A stretch of DNA of 64,000 bases from an uncultured Gammaproteobacteria bacterium (lineage in GTDB: Bacteria > Cyanobacteriota > Vampirovibrionia > Gastranaerophilales > CAZEDP01): positions 552 through 64,551 of the forward strand of contig CAZXPD010000006.1 in assembly GCA_964643065.1 (NCBI GenBank), written 5' to 3'. The translations under genes and the position numbers were made by a program. This document shows, piece after piece, positions 9,522 through 19,909 of this stretch. The notes beneath the pieces are model-generated. The model saw only the letters and a program-made list of their open reading frames with translations. It had not been told where the DNA came from and searched no databases. How positions within the stretch are numbered: the first letter of the stretch is position 1; the number at the start of each line of letters is the position of its first letter.

Positions 9522-11249
9522 ATGGAAAACAAAATAAAAGAATCATTGAATATTATCCCCGAAGCCCCTGGAGTATATTTTTTCTATGGGACGGAGAAAA
9601 AAATTATCTATGTCGGAAAGGCAAAAAACCTGAATAAAAGGGTTAAAAGCTACTTTCAAAAAGAACCGGATTCAACAAAAACAGCATTAATGATTCCCCA
9701 AGTTAACAAATTTGAGTTTATTGTTACAAACTCAGAAATGGAAGCTTTTATCCTTGAATCTCACATGATTAAAAAACATCAGCCGAAATATAATATTTTG
9801 CTCAAAGACGACAAAAGATTTCCGTGGTTTGTAATAACAAATGAAGAATATCCCAAAATAGTTATTAAAAGAAAAGTTGAAAATAAGGAAAAAGGAGAAA
9901 AATACTTCGGTCCTTATACCAATGCAAGGGCAATGTATGCAACTCTTGAACTTATGAAAAGTATATTTCCGCTAAAGCAATGCAAAAAGCCAAAATTTAA
10001 AGACAGGCCATGTATTTATTTTCAAATGGGAAAATGTTCGGCTCCCTGTCAGAAAAAAATAAGCTCTGAAAACTACAAAAAAATCGTTGAACAAGTAGAA
10101 ATGTTTCTTTCGGGAAAACAGTTAGAACTGCTTAAGGCAATAAAAAAACAAATGGAAAAGCATTCCGCAAATCAGGAATACGAAAAAGCCGCCCGATGCA
10201 GAGACAGCTATGCTGATGTGATTTCAACCATGGAAAAGCAAAAAGTAATAAGCTCAAATACTAATATCAATCAGGATATAATCGGGGTTTCTTCAGATGA
10301 TTTTGCAGTAAGCATCGCTCTTTTAAAAATAAGAGAAGGCAGACTTATTTCAAAAGATAATTTTGGTATAAAAAAAGACGGTTTATATTCGGAAAGAGAA
10401 GCAATAAACGCCTTTATTCGAGACTACTATGGTATTATTAACGAAAATGACATTCCGAAAGAAATAATCATACCCCAACATGTCTTTGATAAAACAGAAA
10501 ACGGATTTAACGATAAAGATATTATTGCAGAATGGTTATCCTTAAAGAAAAAAGGAAAAATCAGCATAACCACACCAAAACAAGGAGCAAAGACAGAACT
10601 CGTTGAAATGGCAAGTAAAAATGCCGATGCTTATTTGGAAGAAATACGACTTGAAGAACTAAAAGCAATAATGAACGACTGGAACGAAATTGGTTCCTAT
10701 ATACAAAAAAGATTCAACCTACTGAATTTCCCCGAAAGGGTTGAGTGCTTTGATGTTTCGCATATTCAGGGTACAAACAAAACCGCATCTATGTCGGTTT
10801 TTATTAACGGAAAAAGCGTCAAATCAGAATACAGAAAGTATAAAATCAAAACCCTTGAAGAAGGAATAAACGATGATTTTTTGGCAATAGAAGAAATTAT
10901 AAAAAGAAGAAGCCAAAAAATATTGAAAGACAAAGAAATACCCCAAAATCCCGTTAAAGAAAACATTAAGAATGTTCCCGATTTGATTATTATAGACGGG
11001 GGGAAAGGTCAGCTGTCGTCAGCATTAAAAGCCGCGCAAGAAGAAGGATTAAAAGATATACCAATAATCTCTCTTGCAAAAAAAAATGAGGAAATTTTTG
11101 TTCAAAGCAACAAAACGCCAATAATCTTGCCTGCCAATTCGCCAGTGCTGTTCTTTTTTCAAAGAATTCGTGATGAAGCTCACAGATTTGCCGTAAGCTA
11201 TCATAAAAAGCTTAGAGAAAAAGAATTTTTAGCCCGTAAAGACCTATAA
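9522..11249 (+). CDS. uvrC: Excinuclease ABC subunit C, apparently lacking the C-terminal (HhH)2 domain
   Basis: GIY-YIG motif (GVYFFYG...IYVGKAKNLNKRVKSY), UVR domain (EYEKAARCRD) and endonuclease V-like region (DGGKGQL...DEAHRFA). The protein ends shortly after the EAHRFA motif. Confidence 0.85.
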   Translation: MENKIKESLNIIPEAPGVYFFYGTEKKIIYVGKAKNLNKRVKSYFQKEPDSTKTALMIPQVNKFEFIVTNSEMEAFILESHMIKKHQPKYNILLKDDKRFPWFVITNEEYPKIVIKRKVENKEKGEKYFGPYTNARAMYATLELMKSIFPLKQCKKPKFKDRPCIYFQMGKCSAPCQKKISSENYKKIVEQVEMFLSGKQLELLKAIKKQMEKHSANQEYEKAARCRDSYADVISTMEKQKVISSNTNINQDIIGVSSDDFAVSIALLKIREGRLISKDNFGIKKDGLYSEREAINAFIRDYYGIINENDIPKEIIIPQHVFDKTENGFNDKDIIAEWLSLKKKGKISITTPKQGAKTELVEMASKNADAYLEEIRLEELKAIMNDWNEIGSYIQKRFNLLNFPERVECFDVSHIQGTNKTASMSVFINGKSVKSEYRKYKIKTLEEGINDDFLAIEEIIKRRSQKILKDKEIPQNPVKENIKNVPDLIIIDGGKGQLSSALKAAQEEGLKDIPIISLAKKNEEIFVQSNKTPIILPANSPVLFFFQRIRDEAHRFAVSYHKKLREKEFLARKDL

Positions 11250-12641
11250 ATTATCTGACAATTGATTTCCCTTTTTTGCTTCTATAGCATTTAAAATACC
11301 CTGCTTTATCTCAATAGCATCAACACCGAGATTTTCAAGAACTTTCATCGCCATACAATCCTTTACATCCATCATGGCAAGCAAAAGATGTTCAGATTCA
11401 ATTCTTGGCAAATTGCTTTCCTTGGCATTGAGCCAAGCTGTTTCAAGAAGCTTTTTAGCCCTCGAAGTAAAAGAGATGTCTCTATTTAAATAGCCGGCTC
11501 CATAACCTGTAAGATTTTCAGATTCTCTTCGGGCATCTTTTAACGTAACGCCAAGATCCTTTAAAACACCGGAAGCAAGGCATGTTCCTTCACCAAGTAC
11601 GCCCAACAGAATTTGTTCTGTTCCCAAAACATTATGCCCAAGTCTTCGGGCTTCTTCCTTTGCAAGTCTGATAACGGTTAAAGTAACGGGCTTTTGCCTT
11701 TCAATGGGTCGGGAAATTTTATCAAAAAGAACTTCTGTATTTATCCCCATATCCTCAAGAACATGACAGGCAACACAGTTTTTTTCTTTTAGAATACCCA
11801 AAGCCAAAGACTCCGGAGAAACAGAAGACACCCCAAATTCTTTTGTAAGCTCATAAGACATATTCACCGAGTTTAAAGCAGCGGGAGTAAAGAGATATTT
11901 TCTATCTTCATATTCAGCTTTCCTAATTGTATTTTCTTTCAATTTTTGCTGAAAAGACTCAAAGGTAACCCCTTCTTTTTCAAGCAAACTACGCAGTTCA
12001 GAATCCCCCGAATCCAATAAAGAAAGGAAAAGCTGCTCTGTGCCTATTAGCTCGTAATTGTTTTCAGAGGATTTTTGAGCTGCATTATCCAGTAATGCAA
12101 CAAGATTTTTTTCACCGGACAAGAAAGAAGAAACAAACAATGTTTCTTTAAATTCAGCAGAAGGCGTTTCTTCAGGGTGAAAAGAAAAAGAGGACTTCTT
12201 TCCAATCGCTTTTTGAACAGCCTCTCTTAATTTATTAACATTAACAGCAAGTTCGTTAAGCAAAGAAATTGTTAGTAAATTATCCTCATCTATCAGAGCA
12301 ATAAAAAGGTAATCCAGACTTATAAAATTTGCCTTAATAGATTTTGCGTAATCCCAGGCGCCTTTAAGCGTTTTTTTTGCAGACGAACTAAACAATGAAT
12401 GATTATCCGACGACTCCTCATCCTGTCTTTTAACAATGAAAGAAGGAACCGTTTCTCTTAATTTATCAAGTCTTATACCGGCAGCAAGCAGCAGTCTTGA
12501 TGAAAGACCGGACGAATTTCTTAAAATGCCAAGAAGCAAATGCTCGGGATAAATCCTGGAATGCCCCATTTGCGTTGCTTCTTCTCTCGCAAATGTTACC
12601 ACTCTTATTGCTTTTTCCGTAAAAAGTTCAAACAAAACCAA
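11244..12641 (-). CDS. Clp N-terminal (Clp_N/Clp_R) repeat protein without an AAA+ module
   Basis: Repeated Clp_N-like units: AIRVVTFAREEATQMGHSRIYPEHLLLGIL, VIRLAKEEARRLGHNVLGTEQILLGVL and AKKLLETAWLNAKESNLPRIESEHLLLAMM. There is no Walker A motif. Confidence 0.7.
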   Translation of the reverse strand: MVLFELFTEKAIRVVTFAREEATQMGHSRIYPEHLLLGILRNSSGLSSRLLLAAGIRLDKLRETVPSFIVKRQDEESSDNHSLFSSSAKKTLKGAWDYAKSIKANFISLDYLFIALIDEDNLLTISLLNELAVNVNKLREAVQKAIGKKSSFSFHPEETPSAEFKETLFVSSFLSGEKNLVALLDNAAQKSSENNYELIGTEQLFLSLLDSGDSELRSLLEKEGVTFESFQQKLKENTIRKAEYEDRKYLFTPAALNSVNMSYELTKEFGVSSVSPESLALGILKEKNCVACHVLEDMGINTEVLFDKISRPIERQKPVTLTVIRLAKEEARRLGHNVLGTEQILLGVLGEGTCLASGVLKDLGVTLKDARRESENLTGYGAGYLNRDISFTSRAKKLLETAWLNAKESNLPRIESEHLLLAMMDVKDCMAMKVLENLGVDAIEIKQGILNAIEAKKGNQLSDNL

Positions 12642-12723
12642 ATCCTTTGTTTTTAGTTAAAGTTTCCATTATTATATTTGAAATTCTGTATAATTAAAAT
12701 AACACCAACCGGCAAGGAAATAT

Positions 12724-13581
12724 ATGGAAACCAGAACGGACGAAAAAACGCTTGTATACATGGGGCCTGAAGGTTCCTACACTGAAATGGCACTGGAAAA
12801 AGCCATAGAAAAATATAAATTTGAAAAAGTCACAAAAATAATGTTTCCTTCCATAGTGCAGGTCATTGAATATCTGGACAACAATAACGGATACGGCGGT
12901 GTAGTTCCCATAGAAAACTCAATAGAGGGCATTGTAAGAGAAACTGTCGATAACCTTATACGCACTACATCAAGAGTCATGATTGTCGGAGAAATATACA
13001 TCCCCATATCTCACTGCCTGATATCCAAAGCAAAGGACTTAAGCGTAATAGACACAATACTTTCTCATCCGCAAGGATTGGCTCAATGTATACATTTCAT
13101 TAAAAGAACATTTCCTGACGGAGTTGAGCAAATAAAAGAAACAAGCACGTCAGAAGCCGTTAAAAAACTGACAGAGCTTCCTGCGAACTATGCGGCAATA
13201 GGAACTGAAAAAGCAGCCGAATTATTTGGCTTGCAAATACTTGCAAAAAATATAAATGACGAAAAAGACAATATGACACGTTTTATTTATCTTGATTCTT
13301 ATACCCCAAAACCGACCGGCAATGATAAAACATCCTTTGCTTTCTCTGCCTGCAATAAGCCCGGCGCCTTAGTCGGAGTTCTTCAGGCATTTAACGAAAA
13401 CAACATCAACTTGTCATACATAGAATCAAGACCGTCTAAAAAGGTTTTTGGCGATTATACTTTCTTTATTGATTTTGACGGACATATTGAAGACGAAAAT
13501 GTTCAAAAGACAATAGGCAAAATAGCTCCGCTTGTCAGCTATTACAGGTTTTTAGGCTCCTATCCTAAAGGAGTTAAATAA
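12724..13581 (+). CDS. pheA: Prephenate dehydratase (PDT plus ACT domains)
   Basis: NMTRF and YIESRPSKK motifs, a C-terminal ACT domain, and a typical length of 285 aa. Confidence 0.8.
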   Translation: METRTDEKTLVYMGPEGSYTEMALEKAIEKYKFEKVTKIMFPSIVQVIEYLDNNNGYGGVVPIENSIEGIVRETVDNLIRTTSRVMIVGEIYIPISHCLISKAKDLSVIDTILSHPQGLAQCIHFIKRTFPDGVEQIKETSTSEAVKKLTELPANYAAIGTEKAAELFGLQILAKNINDEKDNMTRFIYLDSYTPKPTGNDKTSFAFSACNKPGALVGVLQAFNENNINLSYIESRPSKKVFGDYTFFIDFDGHIEDENVQKTIGKIAPLVSYYRFLGSYPKGVK

Positions 13582-14391
13582 AGCCCAATTTTCCTTTAAT
13601 CGTGAAAGCAAAACAAGTAAATGCTCTTTTATTTGACTTATCAAACTTGGACTCTCTTCTTCGCCCAAGATTTCGTTTACTTTCTCAAGGTTAATTTCCG
13701 TAAAATCATTTATAGCAAAATCTGTTTGCAGCTCATTTGTAAGCCTGTTTGTCGGAATAGTTGTTGCAACCCCCACGACCTTCATTCCTGCATTTTTTGC
13801 GGCCTTTACACCCGAAGGAGAATCTTCAAACACGAGACAATCACTTGGCTCAACCCCAAGTCTTTCAGCTGCCTTCAAATAAACCTCAGGATCCGGCTTT
13901 CCTTTAGTTACCATTGACGAATTAACTATTAAGGATTTATCAAAATATTTGGCTATTCCAAGCTTTGTTAAAACAAAGTCAATGTTCATCGGAGGCGCGG
14001 ATGTTGCAATATTCCTTTTCATGTCCCCAAGAGTTCTAATAAAAGAAGTAAATCCCCTGACCTCTTTAATCTTCGGTTCAATTAACTTTTGATAAATAAG
14101 CTCTTTTTCTTCTGAATATTTGTCAATCTCTTCAGCAGACATATCTCTTCCCATTATTTCGGATATAATATCCTGATTTGTTCTGCCATGCATAATTTTG
14201 CTAACTTGTTCTTTTGATAAATCAGGGTTATATTTTTGACTAAATTCAAACCAAGCAGGACGGTGATAAGGGTCGCTATCTACTATAACCCCGTCCATAT
14301 CAAATAAAATAGCCTTTTCGCCGCGAAAACTCAATGATTTAGCATTCATCAAATACAGATTAAAATTTTGTATTAACTTAATACTGTTCAC
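13552..14391 (-). CDS. HAD-IA hydrolase, beta-phosphoglucomutase/phosphatase-like
   Basis: ILFDMDGVIVDS (DxDG), TSAP, and KGKPDPEVY...FEDSPSGVKAAKNAGM. The start is uncertain: GTG at 14391 or ATG at 14349, and neither has a good SD. The 3' end overlaps pheA by 30 nt. Confidence 0.7.
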   Translation of the reverse strand: MNSIKLIQNFNLYLMNAKSLSFRGEKAILFDMDGVIVDSDPYHRPAWFEFSQKYNPDLSKEQVSKIMHGRTNQDIISEIMGRDMSAEEIDKYSEEKELIYQKLIEPKIKEVRGFTSFIRTLGDMKRNIATSAPPMNIDFVLTKLGIAKYFDKSLIVNSSMVTKGKPDPEVYLKAAERLGVEPSDCLVFEDSPSGVKAAKNAGMKVVGVATTIPTNRLTNELQTDFAINDFTEINLEKVNEILGEEESPSLISQIKEHLLVLLSRLKENWALFNSFRIGA

Positions 14392-14563
14392 AATATGAAA
14401 AACCTTTCACTCATATTTATAAAGGACAAACAAAGAATAAATTGATAAAAACAGTTGCTTTTATATTTCTTCTTGTTACAAAAATTTACCCGCAAAAGAG
14501 ATCGATGGCAATTTCATGTTTTTATCTGTTTTAAATAAATAGACAAAACTTAAAGGAACAAAA

Positions 14564-15034
14564 ATGAAAATAAATCATATAAAGGCAAATACTGCATCAA
14601 AAAGCCTTTATAAGCATGTACAAGACAATACTCCAAATATTTCTTTTAAGGCAGAAAACGAAGACTTTTTCTGCAAAGCCAAACAACCTTGGGGATGCAT
14701 GCCTTTTCTTGAAGAAAAAAAAGACTATAAAGTCAGAAAAATATATGTAAAACCCAATCAAAGATTAAGCTTGCAAAATCATCAACACAGAAATGAAAAC
14801 TGGATTGTCGCAAGAGGTAATCCGACTTTCCATGTAGGGGACTCAATTGAAAAGCTTCAAACAAGAGAACTAAAAGTCACTGACAGCGTATTTATCCCTA
14901 TTGGTAAACTTCACAGACTTGAAAATAACACAAACTCTGATGTAATCATTATTGAAGTCCAAACCGGCGACTATATAGGCGACGATGATATTAAAAGATA
15001 TAAGGATTCTTATAACAGACAAGATGTGAGTTAA
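14564..15034 (+). CDS. Cupin, mannose-6-phosphate isomerase type II C-terminal-domain-like, with an N-terminal extension of about 40 aa
   Basis: PWG...LSLQNHQHRNENWIVARG...IPIGKLHRLEN...IIEVQTGDYIGDDDIKRYKDSYNR matches the ManC-type cupin. SD AAAGGAA lies upstream of the ATG at 14564. Confidence 0.7.
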   Translation: MKINHIKANTASKSLYKHVQDNTPNISFKAENEDFFCKAKQPWGCMPFLEEKKDYKVRKIYVKPNQRLSLQNHQHRNENWIVARGNPTFHVGDSIEKLQTRELKVTDSVFIPIGKLHRLENNTNSDVIIIEVQTGDYIGDDDIKRYKDSYNRQDVS

Positions 15035-15091
15035 GCTAAACAATATTTTTAGATTTATACTGGAATTAAGATATATAAAATAACCGTGTAA

Positions 15092-16834
15092 ATGATTAAT
15101 CTTGATTCCCTAGCTCTAAAGATTTTAATTCAGGAAATAACCCCCCTTGTTGAAAACGGAAAAATTCAGAAAATCCAGCAATCGGGACGAGATGAGCTGT
15201 TGCTTAACATAAGGATACAAGGACAAAGCCATAAACTCTTTTTATGCGCCAATCCGAAATACCCTCATATTTGCATACTTAGCAAAGAAGGAGAAGAACA
15301 AAGAAGGTTACAAATGCCCTCAAAAGCCCCCATGTTTTGTATGCTCCTAAGAAAACACATGGAAGGCGCAAAAATCAAAAAAATAATAACCCCTCCTTAT
15401 GAAAGAATTGTAGAAATATATTTTGACAGTTACAGCGAAACAGGAACTGTTCCGCTGGTTCTTGCCTGTGAACTTATGGGAAAACACAGCAACATTGTTC
15501 TCTATAATTATGAAACAAATGTAATTCTCGGGTGTTCTCATACAATCGGGGAAAACAAAAGCAGAGAAAGAGAAACAGCAGGAGGACTTACCTATGTCTA
15601 TCCGCCAAAACAAATAAAGACAGATATATTAAGCGTTTCGGAAGAAAAATTTATTCAACTAACTGCTAATTCTTTCCTACCGCTTAGCAGTTGGCTAAAT
15701 CAAACTTTTTATTACATAAGCATCCCGCTTGCTAAAGAGATTCTACAAAAAACAGGCATAGAGGAAGAAGAGTCTTTGACCACAGATAACACAAAAGCTC
15801 TATATAATAAAATTACTGATGTTTTATCCCTCCAAAACGTAAAACCATCGATAAATCAAGAAGCTAAAACATATTCAATAATTGATTCTGATAATAAAAA
15901 AAACCAAAGATGCAACTCAGTAAATGAAATGATTGATTTTTACTATGGTTCTGAAATTTATATGGATGCGTTTACATCGTTAAAAAGAGTTTTAGAAAAG
16001 AGCATTGAGAAGGAACTTAAAAAACAAACAAAAAAATTTGACGAAAACACCAAAAAGCTTGAATCTGAAGAAAAAGCTGAAAAGTACAAACAATATGCCG
16101 ATATCTTAACCGCAAACCTGTTTAGGATTAAAGAACAAACAAATATAATAACACTTGAAAATTTCTATAATGACAATAAACCGGTTCAAATCGACCTCGA
16201 TATATCTAAAACCCCCTCAGAAAACGCGCAAAAGTATTATAAACTTTATAACAAGTTAAAAACAGCCTCTTCAAAAGCAGGAGAAGAAATAGAGAAAACA
16301 AAAAAAGAAACAAGCTATCTGGAAAGCCTAAAAACTTTTATAAAACAGGCAGAAATAAATACGGATTTATCTTCTCTGTATCAAATAAAAGAAGAAATGA
16401 CAGAGCAAAAACTGCTAAAGGAACAAAAACGGCTTCAAAGAGCTGACAAAAAACCGGATAATATCATCAAATTCAATTCTCCTGAAGGTTTCGAAATATT
16501 TGTAGGTAAGAATAATAAGCAAAATGACTATATTATTTCGAAATTAGCATCACAAGATGACATTTGGCTGCATGTGCATAATATGCACGGCGGGCATGTT
16601 ATTATAAAAAATCCCAATAAATCACAAGTCCCCGAAAAAACAATGCTTCAAGCCGCAAACATAGCCGCATGTCTTAGTGAAGCAAAAAACTCTACAAAAG
16701 TACCGATTATCTATACAACAAGAAAATTTCTTAAGAAACCTCCTTGTGCAAAGCCCGGATATGTCACATATTCAAATGAAAAAACAATTTTCATAAATCC
16801 TGATGCGAAAGAAATTCAAAACATGATAGGATAA
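15092..16834 (+). CDS. rqcH: NFACT/FbpA-family ribosome quality control protein (RqcH-like)
   Basis: N-terminal NFACT-N, a central coiled coil and a C-terminal NFACT-R/DUF814 domain (DIWLHVHNMHGGHVII). Confidence 0.75.
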   Translation: MINLDSLALKILIQEITPLVENGKIQKIQQSGRDELLLNIRIQGQSHKLFLCANPKYPHICILSKEGEEQRRLQMPSKAPMFCMLLRKHMEGAKIKKIITPPYERIVEIYFDSYSETGTVPLVLACELMGKHSNIVLYNYETNVILGCSHTIGENKSRERETAGGLTYVYPPKQIKTDILSVSEEKFIQLTANSFLPLSSWLNQTFYYISIPLAKEILQKTGIEEEESLTTDNTKALYNKITDVLSLQNVKPSINQEAKTYSIIDSDNKKNQRCNSVNEMIDFYYGSEIYMDAFTSLKRVLEKSIEKELKKQTKKFDENTKKLESEEKAEKYKQYADILTANLFRIKEQTNIITLENFYNDNKPVQIDLDISKTPSENAQKYYKLYNKLKTASSKAGEEIEKTKKETSYLESLKTFIKQAEINTDLSSLYQIKEEMTEQKLLKEQKRLQRADKKPDNIIKFNSPEGFEIFVGKNNKQNDYIISKLASQDDIWLHVHNMHGGHVIIKNPNKSQVPEKTMLQAANIAACLSEAKNSTKVPIIYTTRKFLKKPPCAKPGYVTYSNEKTIFINPDAKEIQNMIG

Positions 16835-16858
16835 ATTAAACAAGAAACGGATCAAAAC

Positions 16859-17281
16859 ATGGGAACAGAAAACGAATTGGAAAACAAAGCCGAAAAGGAA
16901 TTTCTTCAACAGGAGGAAGAAATTCAATCACTGACAAAAGCAGAACAAATTGCAGATTATGTATCGGACGTGGTTGGTTCCTGGCCGTTTATAATTGCTC
17001 AAACCATTATTATTTTGCTGTGGGTAACACTTAACATAACAGGATATGTCAGAAAATGGGATCCGTATCCGTTTATCTTGCTGAATTTAGTTTTCTCGGT
17101 ACAGGCGGCTTATACTGCTCCAATAATCTTAATGAGCCAGAACAGACATGATACTGTTGACAGAAAACGCGCTGAAAATGATTATTTTGTTAATCTGAAA
17201 GCCGAGAACGAAATAGAGAGCCTGCATGAAAAACTCGATTCCATTGCAAAAACCATTAATGAATTAAAGAATAATAATTAA
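16859..17281 (+). CDS. DUF1003-family membrane protein
   Basis: GSWPFII, two TM helices and the MSQNR motif typical of DUF1003. Confidence 0.6.
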   Translation: MGTENELENKAEKEFLQQEEEIQSLTKAEQIADYVSDVVGSWPFIIAQTIIILLWVTLNITGYVRKWDPYPFILLNLVFSVQAAYTAPIILMSQNRHDTVDRKRAENDYFVNLKAENEIESLHEKLDSIAKTINELKNNN

Positions 17282-17351
17282 AACAACGGAAGACAAGCAT
17301 ACTATTATTAAAAACTTTGCTAAATTAGCCACAGATAGCTAAAATAATAAA

Positions 17352-19010
17352 ATGAGTTTTTATGAAATAAAAAAGATAATCTCTATTGACAATAATTTAA
17401 GCCTGCAGGAATGCGAAAAAATACTCCTCTCAGACAGCTTTTGTCTTGGAATTCTTGACAGCAACAGAGAAATAAACAGCTTTGTTAAACGAGAAGATCT
17501 CCTTCATGCACTTAAATATGAGATAAAGCATCTTCCAATAAGTATTTTAGCTCTCCCTGCAGAAATTACAGACGGAAGCAACCCAAACGAAACAGATATT
17601 CTGGAGTTTTTTAAAAGCACATCAAATCAAGGCATTTTTATAGGCAAGAGCAAAAAAGAAGTTCAGGAAGTAATTATCTTCAAGCCCGAGGGAAAAACTA
17701 TTCCGGAAATCAGGCTAAACACAGAGTACACGAAAAACATGTCCGAATCAGCGCAAAAAGCTCTGAAAATTTGCTCAGAGCTTGCAGACAAACTTTCCAT
17801 CCCTATTTATCTTGTAGGTGGAGCAGTCAGAGACTTGATACTTGGCAACAAAACCTTTGATATAGACATTACGGTTGAAGATAATGCGATTGAATTTGCC
17901 AGAATCTTGAGAAAAGAAAACAGTGATATTTGCAGAATTATTGAAACACATGATGACTTTAAAACAGCTAAAGTAATAATTCAAACAGATGATAATGCCG
18001 TAAAGATTGATATAGCAAGTACCCGCAAAGAAATTTATCCGGCTCCTGCCGCGCTTCCGGTACTGGTTGCAACCGGATGTACGATAGAAGAAGATTTATC
18101 GAGGCGCGACTTCAGCATTAACGCGATGGCAATGTCTTTAAACAAAGAAACATTTTGTTTGCTGACAGACCCCTTCAACGGGTATAAAGACATAAAAGAA
18201 AAAACGGTCAAAATACTACATAACCTCAGCTTTATTAAAGATCCTACAAGAATAATAAGAGGATTAAAATTCAGAGTGAGGTTTGGCTTTCAGCTTGACA
18301 ATACAACAAAAAGCCTCCAGAAAGCCTGCTTAGAAAGCGGGTTGTTTAGTGGACTGTGCGGAGAAAGAATTAAAGCGGAGATAAAACAAACCTTCAACCT
18401 AAATAATCCAAAATGTTTCGAGAAATTTGCAGAAGAAAAGGCAATACTGCTTGTTGATAAAGATATATTTTTAGCAGAAAAAGCCAGAAACATTGCAAAT
18501 GAGACACATAAAATTATTTCGGAATACAGTGAAAAAATAAGCAGAGCCGAATTTATATGGCTTATTTATTTAGGAGTCTTAATCTCAGAGTTTAATTCTG
18601 ACAAAATAACTGATATAGCCGGCAAATTGTATTTGTCAGGACTTGAAACTGAAATACTGCTTGGAAGCAAATGCATACTTAACAGCCAGGAAGAGCTGGC
18701 AAAAGCTCAAACCAATTTTGAGATATATGAAAAACTTGAAGGATACTTTCCCGAGTCGTCTTTAATCGCATTGGCAAATTCTCAAAACGGCAAGTTTAAA
18801 GAAAACATTAAGCTGTACCTAAAAGATTTAAAAGACATTCAAATCTATACAAACGGGAAAATGCTAATAGAATCGGGGTTAATGCCCGGACCTGTTTTTG
18901 GAGAAATTCTGAGAGAAATTTTAAAAGGCAAAGTAAACGGTAAAATAAATACAAAAGAAGACGAAGAAAAGCTGGTAAGAAAATTTGTCACCGGTCAGTT
19001 TAATAATTAA
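17352..19010 (+). CDS. tRNA nucleotidyltransferase/poly(A) polymerase family protein with an extra N-terminal domain of about 135 aa
   Basis: LVGGAVRDLILG, DIDI and RRDFSINAMA head-domain motifs. The N-terminal extension precedes the catalytic head. Confidence 0.7.
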   Translation: MSFYEIKKIISIDNNLSLQECEKILLSDSFCLGILDSNREINSFVKREDLLHALKYEIKHLPISILALPAEITDGSNPNETDILEFFKSTSNQGIFIGKSKKEVQEVIIFKPEGKTIPEIRLNTEYTKNMSESAQKALKICSELADKLSIPIYLVGGAVRDLILGNKTFDIDITVEDNAIEFARILRKENSDICRIIETHDDFKTAKVIIQTDDNAVKIDIASTRKEIYPAPAALPVLVATGCTIEEDLSRRDFSINAMAMSLNKETFCLLTDPFNGYKDIKEKTVKILHNLSFIKDPTRIIRGLKFRVRFGFQLDNTTKSLQKACLESGLFSGLCGERIKAEIKQTFNLNNPKCFEKFAEEKAILLVDKDIFLAEKARNIANETHKIISEYSEKISRAEFIWLIYLGVLISEFNSDKITDIAGKLYLSGLETEILLGSKCILNSQEELAKAQTNFEIYEKLEGYFPESSLIALANSQNGKFKENIKLYLKDLKDIQIYTNGKMLIESGLMPGPVFGEILREILKGKVNGKINTKEDEEKLVRKFVTGQFNN

Positions 19011-19027
19011 AAACAAAGAGAAAATCA

Positions 19028-19909
19028 TTGGCTGAAACATATACTGCTAAATTTAATACGGCTGAAGAACCAGCTTTAAAAAAAAGACTGGAAAGTGACG
19101 GCTTTATATTTAAGTCTGTAAACTATGCCTTTTGGCAGGCCCAAGGGCAAAATGTCAGCGTTACGGCATATTTAAGCGGAAAAATCCTGGTACAGGGCAA
19201 AGGAACTGATAACTTTATAAAAAGATATCTTGGATGTTCTGCCGATAACGAAAACAAAATAACAGAAAAGCAAGAATTAATGAAAATCCCCTATATCGGT
19301 ACGGATGAATCAGGAAAGGGGGATTATTTTGGACCTTTAATAATAGCCGGAGTACTTGTTGACGAGAAAAATATACTTACTTTTCAGGAAATGGGATTAA
19401 GAGACAGCAAAAAAATATCGGATTTTAGTATTGCAAAGCTTGCGCCTAAAATAAAAGAAGCAAGCAGCCACTCAATAATTATCATTAATCCTGGTAAATA
19501 CAATGAACTCTACGGCAAGTTCAAAAATTTGAACAGCCTGTTAGCGTGGGGACACGCAAGGGCAATTGAGAACATTCTGGAAAAAACACACTGTCAAAAC
19601 GCAGTTTCGGACAAATTCGGAAACGAATCCTTAATCAAAAACGCTCTTATGAAGAAAGGAAAGAAGATAAACCTCATACAAGAAACAAAAGCAGAAGATA
19701 AAAATATTGCGGTTGCAGCTGCATCCATTCTTGCCCGTGACGAATTTCTTAAAAGAATTAAAAACCTTTCACTTGAATACGGAATCCAGTTCCAAAAAGG
19801 AGCAGGGGAAAAAGTTAAAACACAAACAGAAGAATTTATACAAAAATACGGCTTTGAGATGCTTTCAAACATTGCAAAAATGCACTTCAAAACTACACCA
19901 AAGAAATAA
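19028..19909 (+). CDS. rnhC: Ribonuclease HIII
   Basis: N-terminal TBP-like domain followed by the RNase HII-fold motif GTDESGKGDYFGPL. TTG start. Confidence 0.75.
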   Translation: MAETYTAKFNTAEEPALKKRLESDGFIFKSVNYAFWQAQGQNVSVTAYLSGKILVQGKGTDNFIKRYLGCSADNENKITEKQELMKIPYIGTDESGKGDYFGPLIIAGVLVDEKNILTFQEMGLRDSKKISDFSIAKLAPKIKEASSHSIIIINPGKYNELYGKFKNLNSLLAWGHARAIENILEKTHCQNAVSDKFGNESLIKNALMKKGKKINLIQETKAEDKNIAVAAASILARDEFLKRIKNLSLEYGIQFQKGAGEKVKTQTEEFIQKYGFEMLSNIAKMHFKTTPKK

